A stretch of 64,000 bases of DNA, taken from the NCBI RefSeq assembly GCF_041248615.1, contig NZ_CP158426.1, one strand, 5' to 3'. The notes under the pieces are model-generated. The model was not told where the DNA came from. It made no database searches and saw only the letters and a program-made list of their open reading frames with translations. Source of the DNA: Escherichia coli. GTDB taxonomy: Bacteria > Pseudomonadota > Gammaproteobacteria > Enterobacterales > Enterobacteriaceae. Numbering within the stretch: position 1 is the first letter of the stretch; the number at the start of each line of letters is the position of its first letter. A program made the position numbers and the translations under genes. This document shows, one piece after another, positions 22,170-30,725 of the stretch.

Positions 22170-22191
22170 TTTTCTACGCACATGAAGAAGC

Positions 22192-24951
22192 TCATTCTTC
22201 AGATGAGTTATAATCTCCTGGCTGGTAATTGAGTACATAAACGTTTATTTGTCGTCCCTGAATACGTGGTGATTTTCTTTGGTATCCACGACCGCTGTTT
22301 GGTGGGGTTAGCATCCCGGCTTTTTTCAACACTTCAGCAAACTGTTTTGCGTTGAAACCACATGCGATCTCCTTTTCAAATGTGGCCGGGAATGTGTAGA
22401 AAATCATTGGGCTTTCGTCATGTTCTCCACGCTGACGGTATCCGGCTAAATCTTTGATGGGCAAATCTGCCGGGCTGTATGGAAATGGTGCAAAACGGCT
22501 AAGCCCATAGGCATTAAGAAATGCCTCCGTTTGTTCAATAATCTGCTGATGCTCTTTGTTACCTGTGCCGAACTCGCGCAACCATGCGTTATAGCTGTGC
22601 TGTATCGCATCACGGCATGTCTGAGCATCCCAGCCTGTTACAACCTCGCCTAACAACAATGCGGCCTCCAGAATGGCAAATCGCGCGGCTACACGGTGAA
22701 CCTGCTCACCATAATCGGATGGGATCAGGCTTCTCCATCTGCTTTCGCAGTCACGAACGGTTTTAATAGCCTGTTGCTGGTGGTCTGCCAGCCATTTAAT
22801 CCACTCACGCCCGGACGCGCCGTGGTGATGCTGGTAAGCGTCTTTCAGTGCGTCTGCGTGCTGTTTTCCGTTCTGGTAATCGTGAAAGCGTACTGCTTTA
22901 CTCAACGGAATATTCAGCAGTCGCACCAGTTGCCCGGCTTTGGTTTTTCGCCCGGAAGTAGCGATAAATGTTTCTAAATCCATTTCTCCGGTGCTGATTG
23001 CCACTGTACGCCAGCGTTTTAGATCCCGGTTTCCACCATCTTTAGCGCCTTGCAGTTTCCCTACACCGTTAAATAACGCATAGGCAGACTGTGAAACGCT
23101 GACAGGATCAGCGCCCTGACCAACTTCATCAAGCGGCATTAGTCCGTCATTGTGGGCGGCGGCCTCATTTGCCAGCCCCAGCGCGGTTCCGTACCACGTC
23201 AGCCGCAGTAAATCAGGGTTGCCGTATAAGCTGCTCGCCACGTTTGCCGTGGTGGTCTTACCTGCGCTCGACTGCTCATAGAAATGAATGCCGAACCCGT
23301 CAGCGCCCACCAGCCCAATCAATGGCGCTGCCAGTGCTGCGCCGATCCCGGTCATCATTGAATAGTTACCAAAGGCCAGACGCGCCACGTTATCACGCCA
23401 GCTTTTCGCGCTCCCTGAGACGGTATATCCGGCTGCGGCTGAGCTTCTCCCGCTGAACAGCACAGGATTTTCAGGTGTTCCGATGATTTCCCCATCAGGC
23501 ATGATGTACGCTCCGCATTGCCAGCCAGTGGCATGAGCAACACGCCACAATTCACGAGAGCCACTGCGTTGTAGCCAGTCTGCCAGTATTGCTCTGAGGC
23601 TGCTTTTGGTCGTGACATTTACCCCACCAGCTTTAAGTGTGCGCCATCCTTCACGTTCACCAATATCAGCCAGTGGAATGGCAGCGGTTGTCGGCGTTTC
23701 AGAACCAAACGACAGCCAGCGAAGAATGAGATACTGGTCTTTATCGTCTCTGCCAGTACCGATAACGCTTAACGGAGAACATAACCAGCTTTCGTTATTG
23801 ATGATTTCTCCACTCTGGCTGTCAGCTCTCGGAGATACCCAATAAATACCATCCTCGCGGCTTTCTATTCTTGGTTTCAGTGGATCGGTATCCATAACCT
23901 TAAAATCGCTTCCCTCAATGGTCTGTGGCTCCTGTTTCACGCCATTACCCTGTGGTTGGTACATTGACTTATTGAACGCTTCTGTGGCGCATTTAATGCC
24001 GTGTTTTTGGTGGTAATCATTCCAGTCTGCTTTGTGATCTGTCGGGGGTAATGCCACCCATCCAGAAACAGATAAAGCTGCTTTTTCTGCTGCTATTCTC
24101 CCCGTGTTTTGTCTTCCTTCGCTGTGGTCGTTATCCGCAGCAATGATGATTTGTGCTGAAGGAAATTTATCCCGCAGTACCTGGGCGACATATAACAGGT
24201 TCCCGGCATCAATCGCCGCCACTGTCAGCGCCTCTGGACGAATTAAATGGGCAGATAATGCCGTTGCCAGCCCTTCTGCGATTAAGATGCTCTGTGTTGT
24301 TTCTGGTGCGTTTATGGCGTGATATGCCCCCCGCTTTGCTGAACCTGTCAGGAGTCTTTTTTCACCATGTGAGGTAATAGTCTGTGCTGCTGTGACTGCG
24401 CCGGATTTATCCACCAGCGCCAGCAACAGAGATCCATCGGGCAACACGGGGAATGTAAAATCACCTACCCCTTTCGCAACCAGATAATCAGATTTGCCGT
24501 TTACAGCCTTTCTGCGCATGTCATCAAACTGACGGGAAAACGTATCCCGTCTTTGTTGTTCGTCCTTCTCTGCCCTTTTCAGGCGCTCCTGTTCGCGTCG
24601 CTGGCGCTCGGTTTCCAGTTGTTCCCGTTTCTGGCTGGTGGCTTCTGGTGTTTCCGTTGTCCGGTAATCAATACCCAGAACATCAGCGGCAAGAAGCGCC
24701 GCCTCTGTTGTGTCGCAGTTATTTACGCGTTTAATTAAATCCAGCCCATCACCAGCGCCGCACTGATTACAGATGAAGCTACCGCGCCCGTTGTCATCGA
24801 ACCGGAATCGATCTTTGCCCCCACATGCAGGGCAGGGAGCATGACGGCGCGGAGAGTCAGGGACATTTATGTTCAGGCAGCCCAGCACATGAGGCCAGTT
24901 GTTTTCAGACGCACTGATAACCTGACGGATAAGATCAATGTTTCGCATCAC
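22192..24951 (-). CDS. primase-helicase (zinc-ribbon + Toprim + NTPase; P4 alpha / D5-like)
   Basis: 919-aa ORF; N-terminal CPACGGKDRFRFDD...FICNQCGAGDG zinc-binding pattern; Toprim-like IIIAADNDHSEG; P-loop-like SSAGKTT. Confidence 0.8.
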   Translation of the reverse strand: MMRNIDLIRQVISASENNWPHVLGCLNINVPDSPRRHAPCPACGGKDRFRFDDNGRGSFICNQCGAGDGLDLIKRVNNCDTTEAALLAADVLGIDYRTTETPEATSQKREQLETERQRREQERLKRAEKDEQQRRDTFSRQFDDMRRKAVNGKSDYLVAKGVGDFTFPVLPDGSLLLALVDKSGAVTAAQTITSHGEKRLLTGSAKRGAYHAINAPETTQSILIAEGLATALSAHLIRPEALTVAAIDAGNLLYVAQVLRDKFPSAQIIIAADNDHSEGRQNTGRIAAEKAALSVSGWVALPPTDHKADWNDYHQKHGIKCATEAFNKSMYQPQGNGVKQEPQTIEGSDFKVMDTDPLKPRIESREDGIYWVSPRADSQSGEIINNESWLCSPLSVIGTGRDDKDQYLILRWLSFGSETPTTAAIPLADIGEREGWRTLKAGGVNVTTKSSLRAILADWLQRSGSRELWRVAHATGWQCGAYIMPDGEIIGTPENPVLFSGRSSAAAGYTVSGSAKSWRDNVARLAFGNYSMMTGIGAALAAPLIGLVGADGFGIHFYEQSSAGKTTTANVASSLYGNPDLLRLTWYGTALGLANEAAAHNDGLMPLDEVGQGADPVSVSQSAYALFNGVGKLQGAKDGGNRDLKRWRTVAISTGEMDLETFIATSGRKTKAGQLVRLLNIPLSKAVRFHDYQNGKQHADALKDAYQHHHGASGREWIKWLADHQQQAIKTVRDCESRWRSLIPSDYGEQVHRVAARFAILEAALLLGEVVTGWDAQTCRDAIQHSYNAWLREFGTGNKEHQQIIEQTEAFLNAYGLSRFAPFPYSPADLPIKDLAGYRQRGEHDESPMIFYTFPATFEKEIACGFNAKQFAEVLKKAGMLTPPNSGRGYQRKSPRIQGRQINVYVLNYQPGDYNSSEE

Positions 24952-25306
24952 CGTACCCCACGTGGTCTATAGCGTTTGCGATATGGCTAACCAGCATCTG
25001 CCACTTGGTTATTCCGTAATCAGTCAGCATGCCATCATTGTTTAGCCACATATCAAATTCAGCGGTTGTCGCAAGTTTCCACTTATCGCCGTGGACAGTC
25101 CTCATTGCTGGGTACATGAATGCGCAAATCAGATCACAAACATCTGACGGCTTCAGAGATGTAGTAATGGTGCGTCCCTCTGGCGTCTGAATTGCCATTT
25201 TCTCTTCACCAGTAGAATGAAGGTTATGAATCCACACAGCACCAGCAATCTTTGCCACCTGCTCTCCGATTGCGGAGCTAAGCGCCATTTCTGCATTTTC
25301 ACGCAT
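24935..25306 (-). CDS. hypothetical protein (123 aa)
   Basis: ORF translationally coupled into primase start. Confidence 0.55.
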   Translation of the reverse strand: MRENAEMALSSAIGEQVAKIAGAVWIHNLHSTGEEKMAIQTPEGRTITTSLKPSDVCDLICAFMYPAMRTVHGDKWKLATTAEFDMWLNNDGMLTDYGITKWQMLVSHIANAIDHVGYGDAKH

Positions 25307-25640
25307 GAGAACCTCCCGCTACAGTTGCGCCCATGTCATTAACCATGCTTTGCCATATCTCACGCCCGACGTCAGTCAATCCGTCCTTAGTGACGCAACG
25401 CTCAAGAAGCTCGATCCCCACGGTTTCCCACTGCGGGTAGAACACTTTCATGGCTGCCAGTGTGTAGCTATCGATCAGGCTGCGAACGCCTTTTACTCCA
25501 TTGACGATTTCCACACGTACGGCCTCGCCGTCCGCATCAACCATGAAATAGTCCCCGCCGCTGGTGGAGGTAATGTGGTTATACAGTGCCGACGCATACT
25601 TATTTGCCAGCGCATTCAGTCGGAAATTTTTAGTAATCAT
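25299..25640 (-). CDS. hypothetical protein (113 aa)
   Basis: ORF overlapping downstream gene by 8 nt. Confidence 0.55.
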   Translation of the reverse strand: MITKNFRLNALANKYASALYNHITSTSGGDYFMVDADGEAVRVEIVNGVKGVRSLIDSYTLAAMKVFYPQWETVGIELLERCVTKDGLTDVGREIWQSMVNDMGATVAGGSHA

Positions 25641-25650
25641 GGCTCCATCC

Positions 25651-26253
25651 TCAGTGCGTCACTGGTTCCGCTGGCATGCCGTTTTCATTCAGTTCAGCTA
25701 TAAAGCTGTTGTGAAGTTCAGCAAGCGTTTCACGACCAAATGGAGTCAGTGCTCCTTGTTCCACATCCATCATGGCTCTGTAGAAAATGATGGCGCGTTC
25801 TGTGCCAGACTCGATGCCAAAACGTTCTATCATCGCGCCCTCAATGTTGTTTGCCATAGCGAGGCGCTCTGCTACTGGATACAGCGGCATGGCGACGATG
25901 CCGTTGGAATAAACAGCCACTTCGGAAGGATTGCCAGTATCATCAATGATGCTGACAGTGCCGTTTTCCTCTCTCATTTCCAGCATGAATACTGTTGCGA
26001 TCAGCCATCTCCACATAATGACGTTATGCTGTGATGTGTAATCGAAATATCCCTGGTTGCCGCCATCGGCTATAGCGAGATGTATTGACATGCCTTCATC
26101 TGGTTTATCGTCATAATCCCCGGCATCCAGACGATTTACGGCATCAATATATGAGACGGTCTCAACGCGTTCTGTCATGCCATCGTTGCTGCGGTGCATG
26201 ATGTTTACGCCGTCAGGCGTTGCTTCTGCATGGAAGGTTAAGAAATTATTCAT
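25651..26253 (-). CDS. hypothetical protein (about 200 aa)
   Basis: ORF-track 235-aa frame trimmed to the ATG at 26253, which overlaps the upstream gene's stop; start MNNFLTFHAEATPDG. Confidence 0.5.
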   Translation of the reverse strand: MNNFLTFHAEATPDGVNIMHRSNDGMTERVETVSYIDAVNRLDAGDYDDKPDEGMSIHLAIADGGNQGYFDYTSQHNVIMWRWLIATVFMLEMREENGTVSIIDDTGNPSEVAVYSNGIVAMPLYPVAERLAMANNIEGAMIERFGIESGTERAIIFYRAMMDVEQGALTPFGRETLAELHNSFIAELNENGMPAEPVTH

Positions 26254-26467
26254 GTTTCGCCTCGCCTGAATGATTCTGTAACTCATATTTGCCCAACAAT
26301 TCGTCCGCTTCCTGAATAGCTTCTGGTACGCCATTGAGCAGTGACATAACCGCGCCAATCATTAACTTGTCTCTGTTGCTGGGGCTGGCCCCTTCAAGCC
26401 AGAACCCTAAAACAGTCTGAACCTGTTCGATGCGACATTGCGCTTCAATGAGCTGGATGTTGGTCAT
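26246..26467 (-). CDS. hypothetical small protein (73 aa)
   Basis: Member of overlapping small-gene chain. Confidence 0.5.
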   Translation of the reverse strand: MTNIQLIEAQCRIEQVQTVLGFWLEGASPSNRDKLMIGAVMSLLNGVPEAIQEADELLGKYELQNHSGEAKHE

Positions 26468-26727
26468 TTCGCACTCTCCACATCGATTAAACTGATATCT
26501 ATCAGGGAGGTAACTTTTTGTAGCCAGCTATTGATTACTGTCGCCTGCTCCCCTCCCACCGAGGGAATAATCTCATTCATCACATGAACCAGACCTGTGC
26601 GCGCTCTGGTAAGCCGTTCAGTCGCGCAATCTGCGGGAGTGAATGTGTCTGGATATGGCTCTTCACTCCCCAGCAATGATTCAATTTCCAGCTCACACGG
26701 ATGACGATAAATTAAGTTGATATTCAT
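26464..26727 (-). CDS. hypothetical small protein (87 aa)
   Basis: Member of overlapping small-gene chain. Confidence 0.5.
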   Translation of the reverse strand: MNINLIYRHPCELEIESLLGSEEPYPDTFTPADCATERLTRARTGLVHVMNEIIPSVGGEQATVINSWLQKVTSLIDISLIDVESAK

Positions 26728-26918
26728 TTTTCACCCCCAAGAATTACCAGCTCTGCACGGGCATCGTTAACCAAAGATGAGCACGCTTTAATCGCATCCA
26801 CGACATCAGTAGCGTCCATTTCTTCAGCCGAAAGACTGACAGCAACCAGGACAGCCGCTGCTTGCTCGATTAATTGAAGTGCGGACGTAAGGCGAGGGGT
26901 ATTAATTGAGTTATTCAT
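26724..26918 (-). CDS. hypothetical small protein (64 aa)
   Basis: Member of overlapping small-gene chain. Confidence 0.5.
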   Translation of the reverse strand: MNNSINTPRLTSALQLIEQAAAVLVAVSLSAEEMDATDVVDAIKACSSLVNDARAELVILGGEK

Positions 26919-27129
26919 TGGTTGCCCCCGTTTTTACTGGCATTTCGCCACCTTCCAGCAGGAAATGAACGTCACGAACGGCGAGATCCAATATCGCGAG
27001 TAACGCCTTCAGTTTTTCGTCTCGTGAGGGAGAGTTGCTCACCAGAATGTCATTAATCACTTCTGTCAGTGTGATGATCTGGCTTGTGCGTTCGAGGGGG
27101 TCCATATGCACATCGTAGGTTTTAATCAT
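26911..27129 (-). CDS. hypothetical small protein (72 aa)
   Basis: ATG preceded by GGAGGTGGCAC; start overlaps upstream stop; is the C-terminal part of the 342-aa track ORF. Confidence 0.5.
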   Translation of the reverse strand: MIKTYDVHMDPLERTSQIITLTEVINDILVSNSPSRDEKLKALLAILDLAVRDVHFLLEGGEMPVKTGATNE

Positions 27130-27316
27130 GTGCCACCTCCATGCGGATACGACCAGCAAAAAAGCAGACGTGATCGCGCACCAGAGAACGGCGAGCATCG
27201 CGTTCAGACTCGGCAGCAATATGATGAATTTTGGCGGTAATTGTCGGGCAATCGCGGCGAACTGCGGCGATAATCCAGATAAATTGCGGTTTTTGGGTAG
27301 GGGTAGTAGCCAGCAT
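27122..27316 (-). CDS. hypothetical small protein (64 aa)
   Basis: ATG preceded by AAGGAGGCTGCCAC; first gene of the coupled chain leading to the primase. Confidence 0.5.
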   Translation of the reverse strand: MLATTPTQKPQFIWIIAAVRRDCPTITAKIHHIAAESERDARRSLVRDHVCFFAGRIRMEVAHD

Positions 27317-27606
27317 GTGGCAGCCTCCTTGATTGATGGTTTATAGCCACCGCCGGAGGTCCTAAGCTCGCTGGCGGTGGACTGTACAGGGTTAGGACTA
27401 CTGGCAATCAAGGAAACCAGCCTGACCGAAGTCAGCCCCATACAGCCCACCATTGATAAGGTGTGCGTGTGCGCCGATACAAAAAAAGACGCTGGCGCGT
27501 CATGTATCGCCTCGATTGCCTGCGGGGTCCTAATCCCGGCACCCGTTTTATGAGGTGCCTTATAACCATAAACCGTGTTGCCGCATAACGGCAAGCTCTT
27601 TTTTAT
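27317..27606. other. GC-rich structured non-coding region with convergent intrinsic terminators; candidate leader / regulatory RNA
   Basis: Hairpin CCACCGCCGG...CTGGCGGTGG; reverse-strand terminator GACGCTGGCGCGTC plus T7 (about 27478-27498); forward-strand terminator TTGCCGCATAACGGCAAGCTCTTTTTT (about 27571-27604). Confidence 0.4.
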
Positions 27607-27939
27607 GGACTCCGAAAACTCACTATTGGAAGAACCAGATGCACAATACATCGCGCTCATTTCGTTAACGTCACGCGCATGGACGAAGGTTTTTGTGGAG
27701 TCACTACGCGAGAAGAGAAAGCCATCTACGACCAGAAATTCTCTGGCGCAGCCGCTGACCTTCTCAACGCTAACACCATCGACCGTAATTTCTGACATGG
27801 TTAAGGCATCCGCTCCTACCACCAGCAAATGACAAACTTTGCTTGTATCTGCTGTATTAATGCCTGACTTTGCTGTCATATTGCTGGATTTTGGCGACAT
27901 ACCAGCCAGTGAAAATATCTTCTTCTGGACGGTTAGCAT
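27605..27939 (-). CDS. hypothetical protein, start supported, 3' end unresolved
   Basis: ATG at 27939 with GGAGG 7 nt upstream, coupled to the 60-aa gene; frame stays open to 26911 through the structured region and an apparent terminator. Confidence 0.3.
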
Positions 27940-28115
27940 TTGTTAACCTCCGCGAACTCCTTCATGAAGCGCGCCAGCGGTTGTACGCATGGCGATTGAT
28001 ACCCGTCGCGATAAAACGTCACTCGGTTGTGAGACACGCTTTCGACAGTAACGAGTGCTCCGTGGGCATCTTTGTAGCGTTTTTGTGGTTGTGGTATTCC
28101 TGTTGGCTTAGACAT
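27933..28115 (-). CDS. hypothetical small protein (60 aa)
   Basis: ATG overlaps antirepressor stop (AATGTCTAA); stop 1 nt before next ATG. Confidence 0.45.
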   Translation of the reverse strand: MSKPTGIPQPQKRYKDAHGALVTVESVSHNRVTFYRDGYQSPCVQPLARFMKEFAEVNKC

Positions 28116-28941
28116 TGAGCGCCTCCAGACGCTTGGCGAGCCAGCGTTGCGACAGGTGGGTGAGTTCTCCTTTGCGCTGCTCATATTCCATGCCCATATC
28201 AATTAACGTGATATTGGTGCTTTCGAGATATGAGAGGTGCTCAAGCTGTTCTGCGTTCATATGGTCGCGAGGTTCGCCAGAATAGCCATTTATCCGCGCC
28301 CACTGCTTAGCAGTTAGCCCTCCAAGAACGATACGAGAAATCATATTGCTCTCGTTTGTGTAGTGGTGTTGCTGCGTCGTTTTCCCCTGCTCGGCACGGG
28401 CCATATTCAGCGCATCGCACATTGGCTTAAAGTTGTTTGCGGCACTGATACGGGCTTTTAGCTGGCGACGATAGCGGGCGGCGATTTCAGGCACGCTACG
28501 CTGTAATTCTTCCTCGCACTGGATGAAATAACGACGGATAGCGCGACCCTGATCATTGCGTTCGATCATTGCCAGTTCTTTCGCCATTCCGACACTTAAC
28601 AGATAGTCTTTGCCGGGTCTGCCAGACTGCTTAATCTTGCTGTAAGCCGCGCCATTCGGGCTTTTCCCCAAATTTGGGGAAATTGTTTTATGGACTGAGT
28701 AATCGTGCCCAATGGTGAAGTCATATTCAGAGATGCGATCAGTGATCCATGTAGAGAAGTCTTTTCCCACGCCCAACGCTTTGTGTAACGCTTTTGCGCT
28801 AACAATATTGGTTTCACGCCCACCGATGTGACCAGGAATAACCGGGACAATTGCGGCAAATTCATTACCGTTAATTGTGCCCAGAGAGGCGTTCAGATGA
28901 GGGGCGGCCTCAGAAATTAATCTGCTTTTTTCGATGTTCAT
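28108..28941 (-). CDS. phage antirepressor-like protein (Ant/KilAC-type)
   Basis: 277-aa ORF; overall resemblance to prophage antirepressors, from memory only. Confidence 0.5.
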   Translation of the reverse strand: MNIEKSRLISEAAPHLNASLGTINGNEFAAIVPVIPGHIGGRETNIVSAKALHKALGVGKDFSTWITDRISEYDFTIGHDYSVHKTISPNLGKSPNGAAYSKIKQSGRPGKDYLLSVGMAKELAMIERNDQGRAIRRYFIQCEEELQRSVPEIAARYRRQLKARISAANNFKPMCDALNMARAEQGKTTQQHHYTNESNMISRIVLGGLTAKQWARINGYSGEPRDHMNAEQLEHLSYLESTNITLIDMGMEYEQRKGELTHLSQRWLAKRLEALNV

Positions 28942-28953
28942 TTTCAGTCTCCG

Positions 28954-29385
28954 TTAGGCGGCGTTAAACGCGTCCGGGTAGAGTTTCAGAATGTCGGCAA
29001 TTTCCTGCTGAGAAAGTCCGTTGTGATCATTTATGTTCGCAAGATGGTTAACATGAGTGATCACTTTCAGAACATCACCACGGCAGGAGAAACGGTAGCG
29101 AAGGTGTGTTCCGATACCATCAGGATTCTTTTCGTCGATACGCTCCAGAGTGATTCCAAGCTGGCGTTCTAACTCTGTTGCATAGTTACGACCAGAAGAC
29201 AGACGGCAGTAGCGAAGAATGTCATTTTCTGTCCATCCCTCTATACCAGTACGCAGCATATAGACTCGGGCACGATGCTTTTTCGGTGTGCGCTTTGGTG
29301 CTTGAAGGGATTTTGTAAGGGGCGTAATATCAGATACGCGAATATCTGAATTAGCCGCCTGTAATGGGCGGTTTTTCTTTTCCAT
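28954..29385 (-). CDS. hypothetical protein (143 aa)
   Basis: Basic N-terminus; coupled to alpA stop. Confidence 0.5.
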   Translation of the reverse strand: MEKKNRPLQAANSDIRVSDITPLTKSLQAPKRTPKKHRARVYMLRTGIEGWTENDILRYCRLSSGRNYATELERQLGITLERIDEKNPDGIGTHLRYRFSCRGDVLKVITHVNHLANINDHNGLSQQEIADILKLYPDAFNAA

Positions 29386-29603
29386 CAGGCCACCTTCCCG
29401 CGGCGTTCTGCCAGCCAGTTATTAATTTCCACCGCATCAAACGCAGTCACGTTATCTGTTAGCTTCACTGGGCGTGGAAGAGTGCCATTTTTAACCCATC
29501 TATCAATAGTAGGCAGTGAAACACCTAGCAATTCCGGCATGCGAAAGCGACGGATGTATCCAGTTGTTGGGATAGCTGATGATGCTGGCTTGTGTGCTGT
29601 CAT
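29385..29603 (-). CDS. alpA: AlpA-family (prophage CP4-57-type) helix-turn-helix regulator
   Basis: 72-aa ORF with AlpA-like core RMPELLGVSLPTIDRWVKNGTLPRPVKL...EINNWLAER; first gene leftward of an AT-rich promoter region. Confidence 0.75.
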   Translation of the reverse strand: MTAHKPASSAIPTTGYIRRFRMPELLGVSLPTIDRWVKNGTLPRPVKLTDNVTAFDAVEINNWLAERRGKVA

Positions 29604-30074
29604 ATCTCTAGTAACCTCTCTGATAGCTCATGAAGTTACTTAAAGTTTAGTGGTTGCCCATACAGTATTTCTATTAAGACTAGAATCTATTGAAAGAAAT
29701 TATAAATCTATTGAAAAAATACCGATCCACTGAAAGATTGCAAATGCAGGTGGGATAATTATTTTCTTTATTTTCAATTAGTTACCAGTTTAAAAAATCA
29801 TTGTTTTATCAAAGAGTTATATCTTTCATCGTCATTCATCATGTTTTTACATTTCTTTTTATCTTTTATTATTCAATTGGTTGAGTCGGTTTATAATGGC
29901 TCATGATGGCTTAAAATGGCTAATGATAGCTGGCGTATCTTTTAGAGATGGGGTGATTACAGATGAACTAAGCCGAACAGATATAGCAATGGCTAGGCAT
30001 AGAATTATCTATGCTGGTGGAGATGGGTAAACAGGTAATGCCCCGCCATTGCTTTGGAGGGGCGTGAAAAGTGA

Positions 30075-30725
30075 TTAGTCGAGATCGTGGACAGCTAATA
30101 AAGCCCGTGAGATTTTTTCTAGGAATGTGGCTTTTGCTATTCCTTTATGGGATATCCCTTCATCCTTGATTAAGGTTTCTATGTCACGGTATATAGCTGT
30201 GCGATTAGGTTTCCCATTTTGGATGTAGGAAGATGAGCCTGATTTTTTTATCAGCAGATGTACTATCAACCCCATCATTTTCATTGTCCCGTTTTCCTCA
30301 TCCTGCTTTCTATGCTGCCCACGTCCGCTGCGGTTGGTTTCTTTGATGTAGTTTACTAACTGGAGTCCTCCAAGGTTTCGGGCTTTTTCTTCCCAGCCCT
30401 TGGTGCCACGCAAATCATCAATCGCTTCTGATATTTTCTGAACAATTATTTCTGGTGTATTTGTGTCAATAAATGGGTAAGAAGCTAAGAAAATATCAAG
30501 GGCATGGCAAGGCTCGTCTTTACTAGTTTTTTCACCTCTGTACACCTTGATAGCTCTGGCAAGATGAGTTCTGACAAAATCGACATATTCGAAATTTTCC
30601 TCAGGCACATCGCTAATGCGCATAGATGGGTTTAGGCCAGCCAAGGCCACAGCCATTTCATGAGGGGTAATCGATACAGATGAACAAAGCCGTTCGATTG
30701 GCGATTTTCTCAAGATGTTGTTCAC
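30075..30725 (-). CDS. hypothetical protein (216 aa) coupled to integrase 3' end
   Basis: GTG start overlaps integrase stop (GTGA); no motif recognised. Confidence 0.5.
   Translation of the reverse strand: MNNILRKSPIERLCSSVSITPHEMAVALAGLNPSMRISDVPEENFEYVDFVRTHLARAIKVYRGEKTSKDEPCHALDIFLASYPFIDTNTPEIIVQKISEAIDDLRGTKGWEEKARNLGGLQLVNYIKETNRSGRGQHRKQDEENGTMKMMGLIVHLLIKKSGSSSYIQNGKPNRTAIYRDIETLIKDEGISHKGIAKATFLEKISRALLAVHDLD

Noticed and set aside
26911..27939. 342-aa reverse-strand ORF as a single gene
   Set aside because: It spans a structured GC-rich segment with intrinsic terminators on both strands and conflicts with the SD-supported, translationally coupled 64-aa gene in another frame; more likely a chance open frame joining a short upstream gene, non-coding leader and the 72-aa gene. 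Left as uncertain rather than called.
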